From contig DATLOL010000056.1 of the NCBI GenBank assembly GCA_035536275.1, forward strand, positions 1,339 through 65,338: DNA of 64,000 nt. Reading direction: 5' to 3'. This DNA is from Thermoanaerobaculia bacterium. GTDB lineage: Bacteria; Acidobacteriota; Thermoanaerobaculia; Gp7-AA8. Made by a program: the position numbers and the translations under genes. How positions within the stretch are numbered: position 1 is the stretch's first letter; each line of letters opens with the position of its first letter. Shown here one piece after another: positions 1-7,507 of this stretch. The notes under the pieces were generated by a model. It was given only the letters and a program-made list of their open reading frames with translations, searched no databases and was not told the DNA's origin.

Positions 1-1930
1 CGATCGTCTGCGGGAACCAGGTCTTCACGCGCTTGCCGTCCTTCATCGGCGCGGAGAAGCGCGCTGAGCGCATCGCGCGCAACGCTGCCTCGTCCATGCC
101 GAAGCGGTTCACGCCGCGAAGCAGCTTCACGTCCGTGACTTCGCCGCGCTCGCTGATCAGCGCGGTGACGACGATCGTCGCGGCAATCTTCTGCTGCCGC
201 GCGATGGGCGGATACATCGGCGTGATGGGACGGGTGGGACGCGGCTGGACGTCGAGATCCGCGTACGCCACGACGTCCCCTTCGCGAACCGTGGCCACTA
301 CCGGAGCGGGCGCCGGCACCGGCGTGGCCACCGCCGGCTGCGTGACCTGCGGTGCGACGGTCTGGGTCTGCACCGGCGTGACCGGGGCGGGCACTTCTTC
401 CGTGCGCGCGGCCGTCTCGCGGCGCTGCTGATCGAGTTGCGCGGCGGTCATCGCCGGACGCTCTTCCGCGGCCGAGGTCTGCACCGGCGTGGTCGACGGC
501 GTCACCGTCGGGACGGGGGCGTTCTTCGACTGCTGCCGCTTGAGCTGCTCCATGTAGTCGTTCTGGAGCTTCATCATCTCGGCCTGGAGCTTGGACTTGA
601 CCGCGTCCTCGAACGCCTGTTTCTGCGTGCCGGGATCGGCCGTGCCGGTTGTTGCCGCGGTGCTGTCGGCGACGACGATCGGCTCGGGGAGCGCGGGCGC
701 CTTCTGCACCGGCGCGGGCGTGGAAAGCATCTGCGCGGCGGTGGGCGTGGCGGCGGGCGCGGACTGGCGTCCGAACATCCACCATGCGCCGCCGCCGAGG
801 GCGGCGAGGACGACGCCGGCGGCGATGGCGATGAGCGGCATCCTGCTCTTCGGCGCCTCGTCGTCCATCACCGCGGCGGATGCTTCGAACGGCGACCTCT
901 GCACGGGCGGTGCGGCCACGGGCACCGGCGCCGGCTTCGGCGTCTCGAGATACGGCGCGAGATTGAGCTTCGACTCCTTGTCGCGCTCGATCGCTTCCGT
1001 CTCCATCTCCTTCTTCAGGAGATTGGAGAGATAGAAGGCGAGGTTGAAGGTCGTGGCCGAGTACTTGCCGCCGTGAGCGAGCGACGACACGGCCTGCTTC
1101 ATGTCGCTCATCGACGCGTAGCGCATCGACGGGTCGAGGTTGAACGACTTGTCGAGGAGGACCCGGATGTCGTCCGGGATCGGAGTGCCGGTCGTCGTCC
1201 TGGCGGCGCGGACCGCGGAGACGAACGCGCTCGCGGTCATCGCGTCGGGCGGCTCCTGTCCGGTGACGAGCAGGAAGAGGATCGCGCCCATGGCGAAGAC
1301 GTCCGCGCTCTTGGGCGCCTGTCCCGACGTGCGGTACTCCGGCGCGAGGTAGCGCCCGATCTCCGCGGCGATCTTCGGATCGTGCTGCACCGCGGCGAGC
1401 ACGCCCGCACCGAACTGGTGGCCGGCCACGCGGATCTCACCGTCGTCGCTGATCCAGATGAACTGCGGCAGGAGCGCGCCGTGCGAGAGGCGTCCGCTGG
1501 AGCCGTCGCGCAGGTCGCCGGTCGTCGCCAGCGAAAGCGCGACCTTCTCGGCGATGACGATGGCCTGATCGATGGGCAGCGGATTCGGCTGCACGTCCTT
1601 GCCGCCGCGTGCGCGGTCGACGATGTGCCGCAGCGAGCGGCCGCCCGCGTAGTCCCACGCGAGGAACGGCACGCCGTCGGCGATGCCCGCGACCTGATCG
1701 CGGACGAACGACGTTCCGGTGAGCTGCGCCACGACGCGCGCCGCGGTGTCGGCGCTTGCGGTCAGCGCGCCGCGGTCACCGCCGGAGAGGCGACGCAAGG
1801 CGACGGTGGTGCCGATCTGGCTCCCGTCGATCCGGCCGGCGCGCCAGAGGTCCCCCAGCGAATCCTGCTCGAGTTTCTTGAAAAGGATGTACGGACCGAA
1901 CTGCTCGTACGGCTTGTTGCGCGCAGCCAT
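1..1930 (-). CDS. Degenerate protein-kinase-like domain, single TM, Pro/Ala/Thr-rich linker and C-terminal TonB_C domain protein (3' end runs off the window)
   Basis: My own minus-strand translation from ATG 1930-1928 (MAARNKPYEQFGPYILFKKLEQDSLGDLWRAG...) stays open to base 1. It is absent from the ORF track because no stop lies in the window. It has a kinase-like fold signal ('YLAPEY', 'DVFAMGAILFLLVTGQEPP') but no HRD or DFG ('LSHGALLPQ', 'AGHQFG'). TM is 'MPLIAIAAGVVLAALGGGAWWMF'. The C-terminus 'ATIVVTALISERGEVTDVKLLRGVNRFGMDEAALRAMRSARFSPAMKDGKRVKTWFPQTI' is TonB C-terminal-like. Confidence 0.75.
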   Translation of the reverse strand, partial: MAARNKPYEQFGPYILFKKLEQDSLGDLWRAGRIDGSQIGTTVALRRLSGGDRGALTASADTAARVVAQLTGTSFVRDQVAGIADGVPFLAWDYAGGRSLRHIVDRARGGKDVQPNPLPIDQAIVIAEKVALSLATTGDLRDGSSGRLSHGALLPQFIWISDDGEIRVAGHQFGAGVLAAVQHDPKIAAEIGRYLAPEYRTSGQAPKSADVFAMGAILFLLVTGQEPPDAMTASAFVSAVRAARTTTGTPIPDDIRVLLDKSFNLDPSMRYASMSDMKQAVSSLAHGGKYSATTFNLAFYLSNLLKKEMETEAIERDKESKLNLAPYLETPKPAPVPVAAPPVQRSPFEASAAVMDDEAPKSRMPLIAIAAGVVLAALGGGAWWMFGRQSAPAATPTAAQMLSTPAPVQKAPALPEPIVVADSTAATTGTADPGTQKQAFEDAVKSKLQAEMMKLQNDYMEQLKRQQSKNAPVPTVTPSTTPVQTSAAEERPAMTAAQLDQQRRETAARTEEVPAPVTPVQTQTVAPQVTQPAVATPVPAPAPVVATVREGDVVAYADLDVQPRPTRPITPMYPPIARQQKIAATIVVTALISERGEVTDVKLLRGVNRFGMDEAALRAMRSARFSAPMKDGKRVKTWFPQTI

Positions 1931-1991
1931 GATGGTGGACCCCCGGGACTTTTTGTGGACGGGGAAGAATACCATCGATTTTGCAAAATGT

Positions 1992-3035
1992 TCACGGCCG
2001 CGCCGCTGGCGGCTGGGCCTGTTGCTGCTCCGCGCGGCGCTTGTCGCGGAAGTACTGGCGCTGCCACTGCTCGACGTTTCTGTTGTGCTCCTGCACGTTC
2101 GTCGCGAAGACGTGCGAGCCGTCGTTTCGCGCGACGAAGTAGAGGTACGGCGTGGCCGCGGGAGCCGCCGCGGCGCGCAGCGATGCCAGTCCCGGATTCG
2201 CGATCGGGCCGGGCGGCAGGCCGGGGGTGCGGTAGGTGTTGTACGGAGAGGCGAGCTGCAGGTCGGCCTTGCGGATGTTGCCGTTCCAGGTGCCGGCGAG
2301 CTTCATCGCGTAGATCACGGTCGGGTCGGCGCCGAGGAGCATGCGCTTGCGCACGCGGTTCACGTAGACCGACGCCACGATCGGTCTCTCGTCCGGCCGC
2401 TGGGCCTCGGTCTCCACGATCGACGCGAGCGTCACCGTCTCGTGCGGATTCAGTCCCGTCGTGATCAGCGCGATCTCGTTGCCCCAGTGCTTGCGGAAGT
2501 TCGCCACCATGGCCTTGACGATGGTCGCCGCCGGCGTTCCCGGATCGAACTTGTACGTGTCGGGGAAGAGATACCCCTCCAGTGACGCGGCGTCGGGCGC
2601 GATGTCGCGGATGAGGTCCGGCTCTCCGGTGATCTTCTTCCACTCGTCTTCCGAGCCGAACCCGGCGTCGCTGAAGATTTTCCCGACGGCGAAGCGGTCC
2701 AATCCCTCGCGGATGGTGATGCTGGCCAGGATCACGTCGCCGCGAACGAGCTTGTCGATCACCGCGACCGGGGAGAGCGGCTTGTCGAACTCGTAGACGC
2801 CGGCCTTGAGCGAGTCGCGACCGCGGGCGAGCTTCATGTAGACCAGCGGGATCCACTCGTCGCGGATGACGCCTTCCTTCTGCAACTGCTGGAGGATCGC
2901 GGAGGTGCGCAGGCCGCGGCGGATCTCCACGCGCTTCTTCGGCTCGGAGTAGCCCTTGTACGGCGTGTCGACGGCGCGCCAGAAGAACCATCCTCCGCCG
3001 AGGGCGAGGAGCACGCCGAACACGGCCACGGTCAT
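1992..3035 (-). CDS. mltG: Endolytic murein transglycosylase MltG (YceG-like)
   Basis: 347 aa. N-terminal TM 'VAVFGVLLALGGGWFFW' is followed by YceG-like blocks: 'ITIREGL', 'LEGYLFPDTYKF', 'LASIVETEA', 'VYVNRVRKRMLLGADPTVIY', 'SPYNTYRTPGLPPGPIANPG'. Confidence 0.9.
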   Translation of the reverse strand: MTVAVFGVLLALGGGWFFWRAVDTPYKGYSEPKKRVEIRRGLRTSAILQQLQKEGVIRDEWIPLVYMKLARGRDSLKAGVYEFDKPLSPVAVIDKLVRGDVILASITIREGLDRFAVGKIFSDAGFGSEDEWKKITGEPDLIRDIAPDAASLEGYLFPDTYKFDPGTPAATIVKAMVANFRKHWGNEIALITTGLNPHETVTLASIVETEAQRPDERPIVASVYVNRVRKRMLLGADPTVIYAMKLAGTWNGNIRKADLQLASPYNTYRTPGLPPGPIANPGLASLRAAAAPAATPYLYFVARNDGSHVFATNVQEHNRNVEQWQRQYFRDKRRAEQQQAQPPAARP

Positions 3036-3085
3036 CAGGGAGCGGAAGACCTTGCGGCATCCGCCCCGTTCGTTACGGCGTCTGG

Positions 3086-3490
3086 CTATGACAGCCTCCG
3101 TTGCCGGTCGTCGAGATAGGACTGGAGGATCACCGCGGCGGCATGCATGTCGATGTCTTTCTGCGCCTCGCGGCGGTTCTTTCCGGAGTCGCGGAGGCGC
3201 TCCATCGCTTCGACGGTGGAGAGACTCTCGTTCCAGAGCTCGACCGGTTTGCAGGTTTTCTGCCGCAGGGCGTCGGCGAAGGCGCGGTACTTGTCATCGC
3301 CGGCTGACGCGTGCCTGCGCTCGGGGATGCCCACCACGAACAGCTGCGCGTCGAGCTCGCGCCCGAGGCGGTCCAGCTTCTCCACGACGTCTCCTTCATT
3401 GCGCATGACCGAGTGCGGTGAGGCCACGACGCCGGAGTCGCTGACGGCGACGCCGATGCGCTTCGCGCCGAGGTCGATGGCGATGATCAC
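3086..3490 (-). CDS. ruvX: YqgF/RuvX-type putative pre-16S rRNA nuclease (Holliday junction resolvase-like)
   Basis: 134 aa with a GTG start. 'IIAIDLGAKRIGVAVSD' is the RNase H-fold N-terminus; 'DMHAAAVILQSYLD' is a typical YqgF C-terminus. Confidence 0.85.
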   Translation of the reverse strand: MIIAIDLGAKRIGVAVSDSGVVASPHSVMRNEGDVVEKLDRLGRELDAQLFVVGIPERRHASAGDDKYRAFADALRQKTCKPVELWNESLSTVEAMERLRDSGKNRREAQKDIDMHAAAVILQSYLDDRQRRLS

Positions 3491-3500
3491 CGGCGGATCG

Positions 3501-3545
3501 TATACGACCTATACGACCTATACGACGTATAGGACCTATACAATC
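3501..3545. repeat. Five tandem 9-bp units in the divergent ruvX/pilT intergenic region
   Basis: Read directly: TATACGACC, TATACGACC, TATACGACG, TATAGGACC, TATACAATC. It is an AT-rich patch in a GC-rich genome and fills most of the 65-bp gap between the two start codons (3490 and 3556). Confidence 0.9.
3539..3544 (+). promoter_or_regulatory. -10-like hexamer TACAAT inside the last repeat unit, 12 nt upstream of the pilT ATG (short-leader or leaderless transcript possible)
   Basis: TACAAT matches TATAAT at 5 of 6 positions. There is no obvious Shine-Dalgarno between it and ATG 3556. No -35 was assigned. Confidence 0.3.
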
Positions 3546-3555
3546 CTCGCGAATC

Positions 3556-4695
3556 ATGAAGAACTTCAATCTCGACGCCATTCTCGAGGCGATGTTGAAG
3601 GTCTCGGATCGGGTGTCCGATCTGAACTTCTCGGTGGGGCGTCCGCCGCAGGTGGAAGTGGACGGGCAGCTCGTCCCGGTGAACTTCCCCGGCCTGCCGC
3701 GGCTCACGCCGTTCCAGACGGAGATGATCGCCATGCACATGCTGCGCGGCGATCGCGACCTCACCCGCACGCTGATGACCAACGGCTCGGTGGACCTCAG
3801 CTACTCGGTCCCGCAGAAGACGCGCTTCCGGGTGAACGTCTTCGCCCAGCGCGGGACGTACGCGATCGTGCTGCGCGTGATCCCCGAGGGCGTGCCGTCG
3901 CTGGAGTCGCTGAAGATGCCGAAGGAGCTGTGGAACATCGCCGGGCTCAAGAACGGCATCGTGCTGGTCACCGGCCCGACCGGCTCGGGCAAGTCGACCA
4001 CGCTGGCGGCGCTGATCAACGAGATCAATCACAACCACGCGTACCACATCATCACCATCGAGGACCCCGTCGAGTACATGCACCGCCACGTGAAGTCGAC
4101 CGTGAATCAGCGCGAGGTCGGCGCGGACACGCGGACCTTCTCGCTGGCCCTGCGCGCCGCGTTGCGCCAGGCGCCGAAGGTGATCCTCATCGGTGAGATG
4201 CGCGACGTCGAGACCATCGAGATCGCCATGGAGGCGGCGGAGACGGGACACCTGGTGCTGTCCACGCTGCACACCATCGACGCGGCCAAGACCGTCGATC
4301 GCATCATCGGCGTCTTTCCGAAGGATCAGGAGCCGCAGATCCGCACGCGCCTGGCCCAGTCGTTCCGCTACGTGATCTCCCAGCGCCTGCTGCCGAAGAT
4401 CGGCGGGGGCCGCATCGCCGCGCTGGAGATCCTGAAGACCTCGATGCGCACGCGCGACTACGTCATGAAAGGCGAGAGCGAGGGCCGGTCTCTCACCGAC
4501 GCCATGCATGACGGTCTGGTGGACGGCATGCAGGCCTTCGACGACGAGATCGAGAGGTTGTGGAAGGAGCGCGTGATCACCAAGGAGACCGCGCTCGCCT
4601 ACGCCTCCAACCCCGTGAACCTCGCCCTCCGCCTCGGCGACGAGAACCTGCCGCCGGCCGAGGACGGCGAGTCGATGCTGTCGTTGCTGGAGTAG
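3556..4695 (+). CDS. pilT: PilT-family type IV pilus retraction (twitching motility) ATPase
   Basis: 379 aa. Walker A 'GPTGSGKSTTLAALI', 'IITIEDPVEY', 'ALRAALRQAPKVILIGEMRD' (Walker B/Asp box), 'ETGHLVLSTLHT' (His box). Confidence 0.85.
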   Translation: MKNFNLDAILEAMLKVSDRVSDLNFSVGRPPQVEVDGQLVPVNFPGLPRLTPFQTEMIAMHMLRGDRDLTRTLMTNGSVDLSYSVPQKTRFRVNVFAQRGTYAIVLRVIPEGVPSLESLKMPKELWNIAGLKNGIVLVTGPTGSGKSTTLAALINEINHNHAYHIITIEDPVEYMHRHVKSTVNQREVGADTRTFSLALRAALRQAPKVILIGEMRDVETIEIAMEAAETGHLVLSTLHTIDAAKTVDRIIGVFPKDQEPQIRTRLAQSFRYVISQRLLPKIGGGRIAALEILKTSMRTRDYVMKGESEGRSLTDAMHDGLVDGMQAFDDEIERLWKERVITKETALAYASNPVNLALRLGDENLPPAEDGESMLSLLE

Positions 4696-4700
4696 GCACG

Positions 4701-5303
4701 ATGATCCGAATCACCTGCACGAGCTGTCAGAAGCCTCTCTCGCTCGACGAGACCAAGCTGCCGCCGCGGGAGGTGTCGTTCCCCTGCCCGGTGTGCAAGG
4801 CCAGGCTCACCGTCGACAAGCGCACGCTGGAGGCGCCGGCCGCGCCGCCACAGCAGCAGGACGACGACGACGATCACGAGAACGAGCTGGGGGCGAAGGC
4901 GATCATCGTCGGCGCGGACGACGCGGCCCTGCGCAACGCGGCCAAGCTGGTCGGGCTGCTGCCGGTGTACTTTCCCGATCCGGCCCGCGCGCGCGAGTTC
5001 TATCTGCAGGAGTTTCCGCAGCTCGTGGTCCTGCATCCGGCGCAGATGACGGCGCCGCCCCTCGAGTCGATGGGAGCGATCATCTCCCTCGTCCCGAACG
5101 ACCGGCGGAAATCGTTCTTCGTGCTGGTCGCGGACGGCCTGCGCACGATGGACGGCAACGCGGCGTTTCTCTACGGCGTGAACCTGGTCGTGGCCAAGAA
5201 GGATCTGGGGCAGTTCCCGGACATCTACCGCGACGCGCAGGCCGCGCACGAACGGCTGTACGCGAGCATGAACGCGGTGCTGCGGGAACGCCAGTTGGGA
5301 TAA
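4701..5303 (+). CDS. Zinc-ribbon (CxxC...CxxC, MJ0042-like) N-terminus plus receiver-like alpha/beta domain protein, function unknown
   Basis: I place the start at ATG 4701, 6 nt after the pilT stop; the track ORF 4560 has an Arg/Pro-rich prefix that overlaps pilT. 'MIRITCTSCQKPLSLDETKLPPREVSFPCPVCKARLTV' is followed by an acidic linker (QQQDDDDDHENE) and then 'AIIVGADDAALRNAAKLVG...VVLHP'. Confidence 0.55.
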   Translation: MIRITCTSCQKPLSLDETKLPPREVSFPCPVCKARLTVDKRTLEAPAAPPQQQDDDDDHENELGAKAIIVGADDAALRNAAKLVGLLPVYFPDPARAREFYLQEFPQLVVLHPAQMTAPPLESMGAIISLVPNDRRKSFFVLVADGLRTMDGNAAFLYGVNLVVAKKDLGQFPDIYRDAQAAHERLYASMNAVLRERQLG

Positions 5304-5447
5304 GCGCGCCTGCGGCGCGTTGCTGGTTGCTGGTTGTTGGTTCCGGGTGCCGCGTCGTGACCGCACGCTTCTTGCGAGTCGTGTGGCCTTACGACGCCGC
5401 ACGAGCAACCAGCAACGAAACGGGCGCCCTGCGGCGCCCGTTTCGTT
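5303..5447. repeat. Composite inverted-repeat element built from GC hairpins and TTGCTGG/CCAGCAA heptamers
   Basis: Left end: hairpin CGCGCC-TGC-GGCGCG, then TTGCTGG TTGCTGG TTGTTGG. Right end: GCAACCAGCAACG, then the 15-bp hairpin at 5414-5447. A related element lies at 28852-28960. Confidence 0.7.
5414..5447. terminator. Perfect 15-bp stem-loop between convergent genes (probable bidirectional terminator)
   Basis: AACGAAACGGGCGCC-CTGC-GGCGCCCGTTTCGTT, followed by the T-rich GTTGTTCTCGTTTCG. It lies between the + gene ending at 5303 and the - pilin gene ending at 5487. Confidence 0.65.
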
Positions 5448-5486
5448 GTTGTTCTCGTTTCGTCGTACGAGAGAGAGAGACGCGGA

Positions 5487-5975
5487 CTACTGCGACTGAA
5501 TGCCTTCCGGATAGATGCAGAAGTTTCCGTTGGAGAAGACGATGTCGCAGTCGAAGTTGCCGGTGATCTGCGGCGCCTGGACCGAGGTCGGGTCGCCCGA
5601 CTCTTTCTGGTCCGCGCCGAGCGACTCGATCGAGTAGTTGCGGCTGTCGTAGCCGATCTGGAACGCCGTGCCCCAGCCGTCATAACGCGCGAACTTGCGC
5701 GTGTACGTCGGGACCAGCATCGTCTCGATCTTGCTCACGTCGTCCGACGGCAGCGGCCACGAGAGGGTCGCGCCGGCGGCCGCGTACGAGTTGGTGTCCG
5801 TGGCGCGCGCTTCCCACGCCGTTGCGACCGACCGCATGTCGGCCATCGAGCGCTTCTGACGGGAGCGCTGAAGCGCTGTCAGAAGGTTCGGAATGGCGAT
5901 TGCGGCCAGAATGCCGATGATCGCGACGACGATCAGCAGCTCGATCAGGGTAAAACCTTTTTGCTTCCTGTTCAT
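5487..5975 (-). CDS. Type IV pilin / pseudopilin with prepilin-type N-terminal cleavage-methylation motif
   Basis: 162 aa. 'MNRKQKG|FTLIELLIVVAIIGILAAIAIPNLL' is the canonical class III signal. AAGGAGG lies about 6 nt upstream of the ATG. Confidence 0.9.
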   Translation of the reverse strand: MNRKQKGFTLIELLIVVAIIGILAAIAIPNLLTALQRSRQKRSMADMRSVATAWEARATDTNSYAAAGATLSWPLPSDDVSKIETMLVPTYTRKFARYDGWGTAFQIGYDSRNYSIESLGADQKESGDPTSVQAPQITGNFDCDIVFSNGNFCIYPEGIQSQ

Positions 5976-6003
5976 TCAGGCCCTCCTTGCGACGCTGCTA
6001 TCC

Positions 6004-6019
6004 GCAATGCAGGTGCCAC
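6004..6019 (-). promoter_or_regulatory. Sigma-54 (-24/-12) promoter for the pilin gene
   Basis: The minus strand reads GTGGCACCTGCATTGCGG, i.e. TGGCAC-N5-TTGC, an exact match to the RpoN consensus core. It sits about 35 nt upstream of the pilin ATG. Confidence 0.7.
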
Positions 6020-6090
6020 GGAACTGCTCTTTGTTATCAGTGACTTAGGTGCTACTGCAGGCCGAGTCTGACAATTCGCGGCCAAGGGCG

Positions 6091-6107
6091 GTGACAGGAA
6101 TTGTCAC
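6091..6107. promoter_or_regulatory. Perfect palindrome GTGACA-N5-TGTCAC, a candidate enhancer-binding-protein (UAS) site upstream of the sigma-54 promoter
   Basis: GTGACAGGAATTGTCAC lies about 75-100 bp upstream of the -24/-12 element. A nested partner GACAATTC at 6070-6077 is the reverse complement of GAATTGTC (6098-6105). The palindrome overlaps the stop codon of the M20 peptidase gene. Confidence 0.4.
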
Positions 6108-7507
6108 TCCGCTGCCCAGGCCCGGACCACCGAACGCGTGAACTCGATGCCCTCCTGAAACGCGGGGACGGTGATCGACTCGTCCGCGCTGTGGATCGAC
6201 ACCGACTGCGCGAAGTTCACGAGGTACGGCGAGATCCCGTAGCAGACGATCCCCCGGCGACGCAGGAAACGGGAGTCGGTCGCGGAGCGGAAGAGCACCT
6301 GGGCACCCGCCGGGACGCCGTACCGCTTGCTCGCCTCGGCGGTCAGCAGCGCGAAGAGACGCGTGTTCCCGGGCGACGTCGGCACCGGACCCTCGCGCAC
6401 CGGCACGTCGCGTACGACCGCGCCCGTCGGGGCGATGGTCTTCGACAGCCAGGCCAGGCGCGCCGCCGGATCCTCGTCCGGAAGATTGATCATCGTCACG
6501 AGCATCTCCATGCGGCCGTTCCGGTCCTGCGGTCCGCCCGTCGCGACGGAGTTCTGCACGAGATCGCGATAGGTCGGCGGCAGCTTCCAGAAGTGGCCTT
6601 CGCGAATGGTCTTGTCGATGTCCGCGAGCGCGTCGCGGAACTGCAGGCGCGTCGGCGCGGCCTGTTGAAAGTACGCGCGCACCGCGGGGACGACGCGCTC
6701 CGGTTGCCGCGGAAACATCGCCGGCTCGAGCGCGATGCGCGCCGCGCGCAACGACTCGCGTGACGGCGCGGAGACGATGGCCTGCACCAACTGCTTCCCG
6801 CCGATCTCCACTCCGAAGTACGTCAGCCGGTCCCCGATCAGCTCCGTGATCCCGCCCTCGGTGATGCCATACGCCACGCCGTCGAACAGGTCGGGGCGAT
6901 GCGCGAGCAGCCACTGCATGCCCTCGCGGCTGCCGCGCTCTTCCTCGGCCGTCGCGAGAAAGACCAGATCGTGCTCGGGGGCGCGGCCGCTCTTCGCGAT
7001 GTCCACGAACGCGACGAGCTGGCAGATCGTCAGGGCCTTCATGTCCAGCGTGCCGCGGCCCCACATCCGGTCGCCGCCGATGGTCGCGGCGAAGGGATCG
7101 GAGCTCCACCCGTCGCCGGCCGGGACGACGTCGATGTGGTTGAAGAGCAGGAGCGCGTGGCCGGGTCGTCGTCCCTTGATGCGCGCGTATACGTTGAGCA
7201 TCGACGGGGCGGACTCGATGAGCTCCGCGCGCACGCCGTTGTTCTCCAGATACGCGGCGATCCATCGCGCCGCCCGCGCCACGCCCTCGGGCTTCGAGCT
7301 GTCGATGCGCACCAGTTCCTGCAGCGCCGTCACGTCGGGCGTGATCGTCACCGGTCTGGGGATGTAGCGCTGGTCGCTCCGCAGCTCCCTTTGCTCGAAG
7401 AGGTTCCACCGCACCGCCACCGTCGCGATCGCGGCCAGCACGACCACCACGACCGCCGCGGCGATGCGCTCGTTCCGGTGGCGGCGCGGGTCGATTACGC
7501 GTGCCAT
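6104..7507 (-). CDS. M20-family metallopeptidase (ArgE/DapE/CPG2-like) with N-terminal membrane anchor
   Basis: I place the start at ATG 7507 (MARVIDPRRHRNERIAAAVVVVVLAAIATVAV...); the track ORF extends spuriously to 8065. Motifs: 'LLLFNHIDVVPAG', 'WGRGTLDMKA', 'LVFLATAEEERGS'. Confidence 0.8.
   Translation of the reverse strand: MARVIDPRRHRNERIAAAVVVVVLAAIATVAVRWNLFEQRELRSDQRYIPRPVTITPDVTALQELVRIDSSKPEGVARAARWIAAYLENNGVRAELIESAPSMLNVYARIKGRRPGHALLLFNHIDVVPAGDGWSSDPFAATIGGDRMWGRGTLDMKALTICQLVAFVDIAKSGRAPEHDLVFLATAEEERGSREGMQWLLAHRPDLFDGVAYGITEGGITELIGDRLTYFGVEIGGKQLVQAIVSAPSRESLRAARIALEPAMFPRQPERVVPAVRAYFQQAAPTRLQFRDALADIDKTIREGHFWKLPPTYRDLVQNSVATGGPQDRNGRMEMLVTMINLPDEDPAARLAWLSKTIAPTGAVVRDVPVREGPVPTSPGNTRLFALLTAEASKRYGVPAGAQVLFRSATDSRFLRRRGIVCYGISPYLVNFAQSVSIHSADESITVPAFQEGIEFTRSVVRAWAAE

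Noticed and set aside
437-2464. 675-aa plus-strand ORF (and 1719..2585 +, 1762..3060 -) overlapping the kinase-like and mltG genes
   Set aside because: Its composition is extreme in Arg/Gly/His/Asp with no motifs. It is antisense or off-frame to genes with clear homology-type motifs. This is typical of a high-GC shadow ORF.
3501-3545. Possible CRISPR array or other spacer-containing repeat
   Set aside because: The units are 9 bp long, directly abutting and without spacers. I noticed no CRISPR-like repeat-spacer pattern anywhere in the window, and no cas genes.
3487-4509. 340-aa minus-strand ORF opposite pilT, and 26651..27841 - and 27971..28987 - opposite the ntrY/ntrX-like genes
   Set aside because: These are shadow ORFs with low-complexity composition. 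The plus-strand genes carry unambiguous Walker, H-box and GAFTGA motifs.
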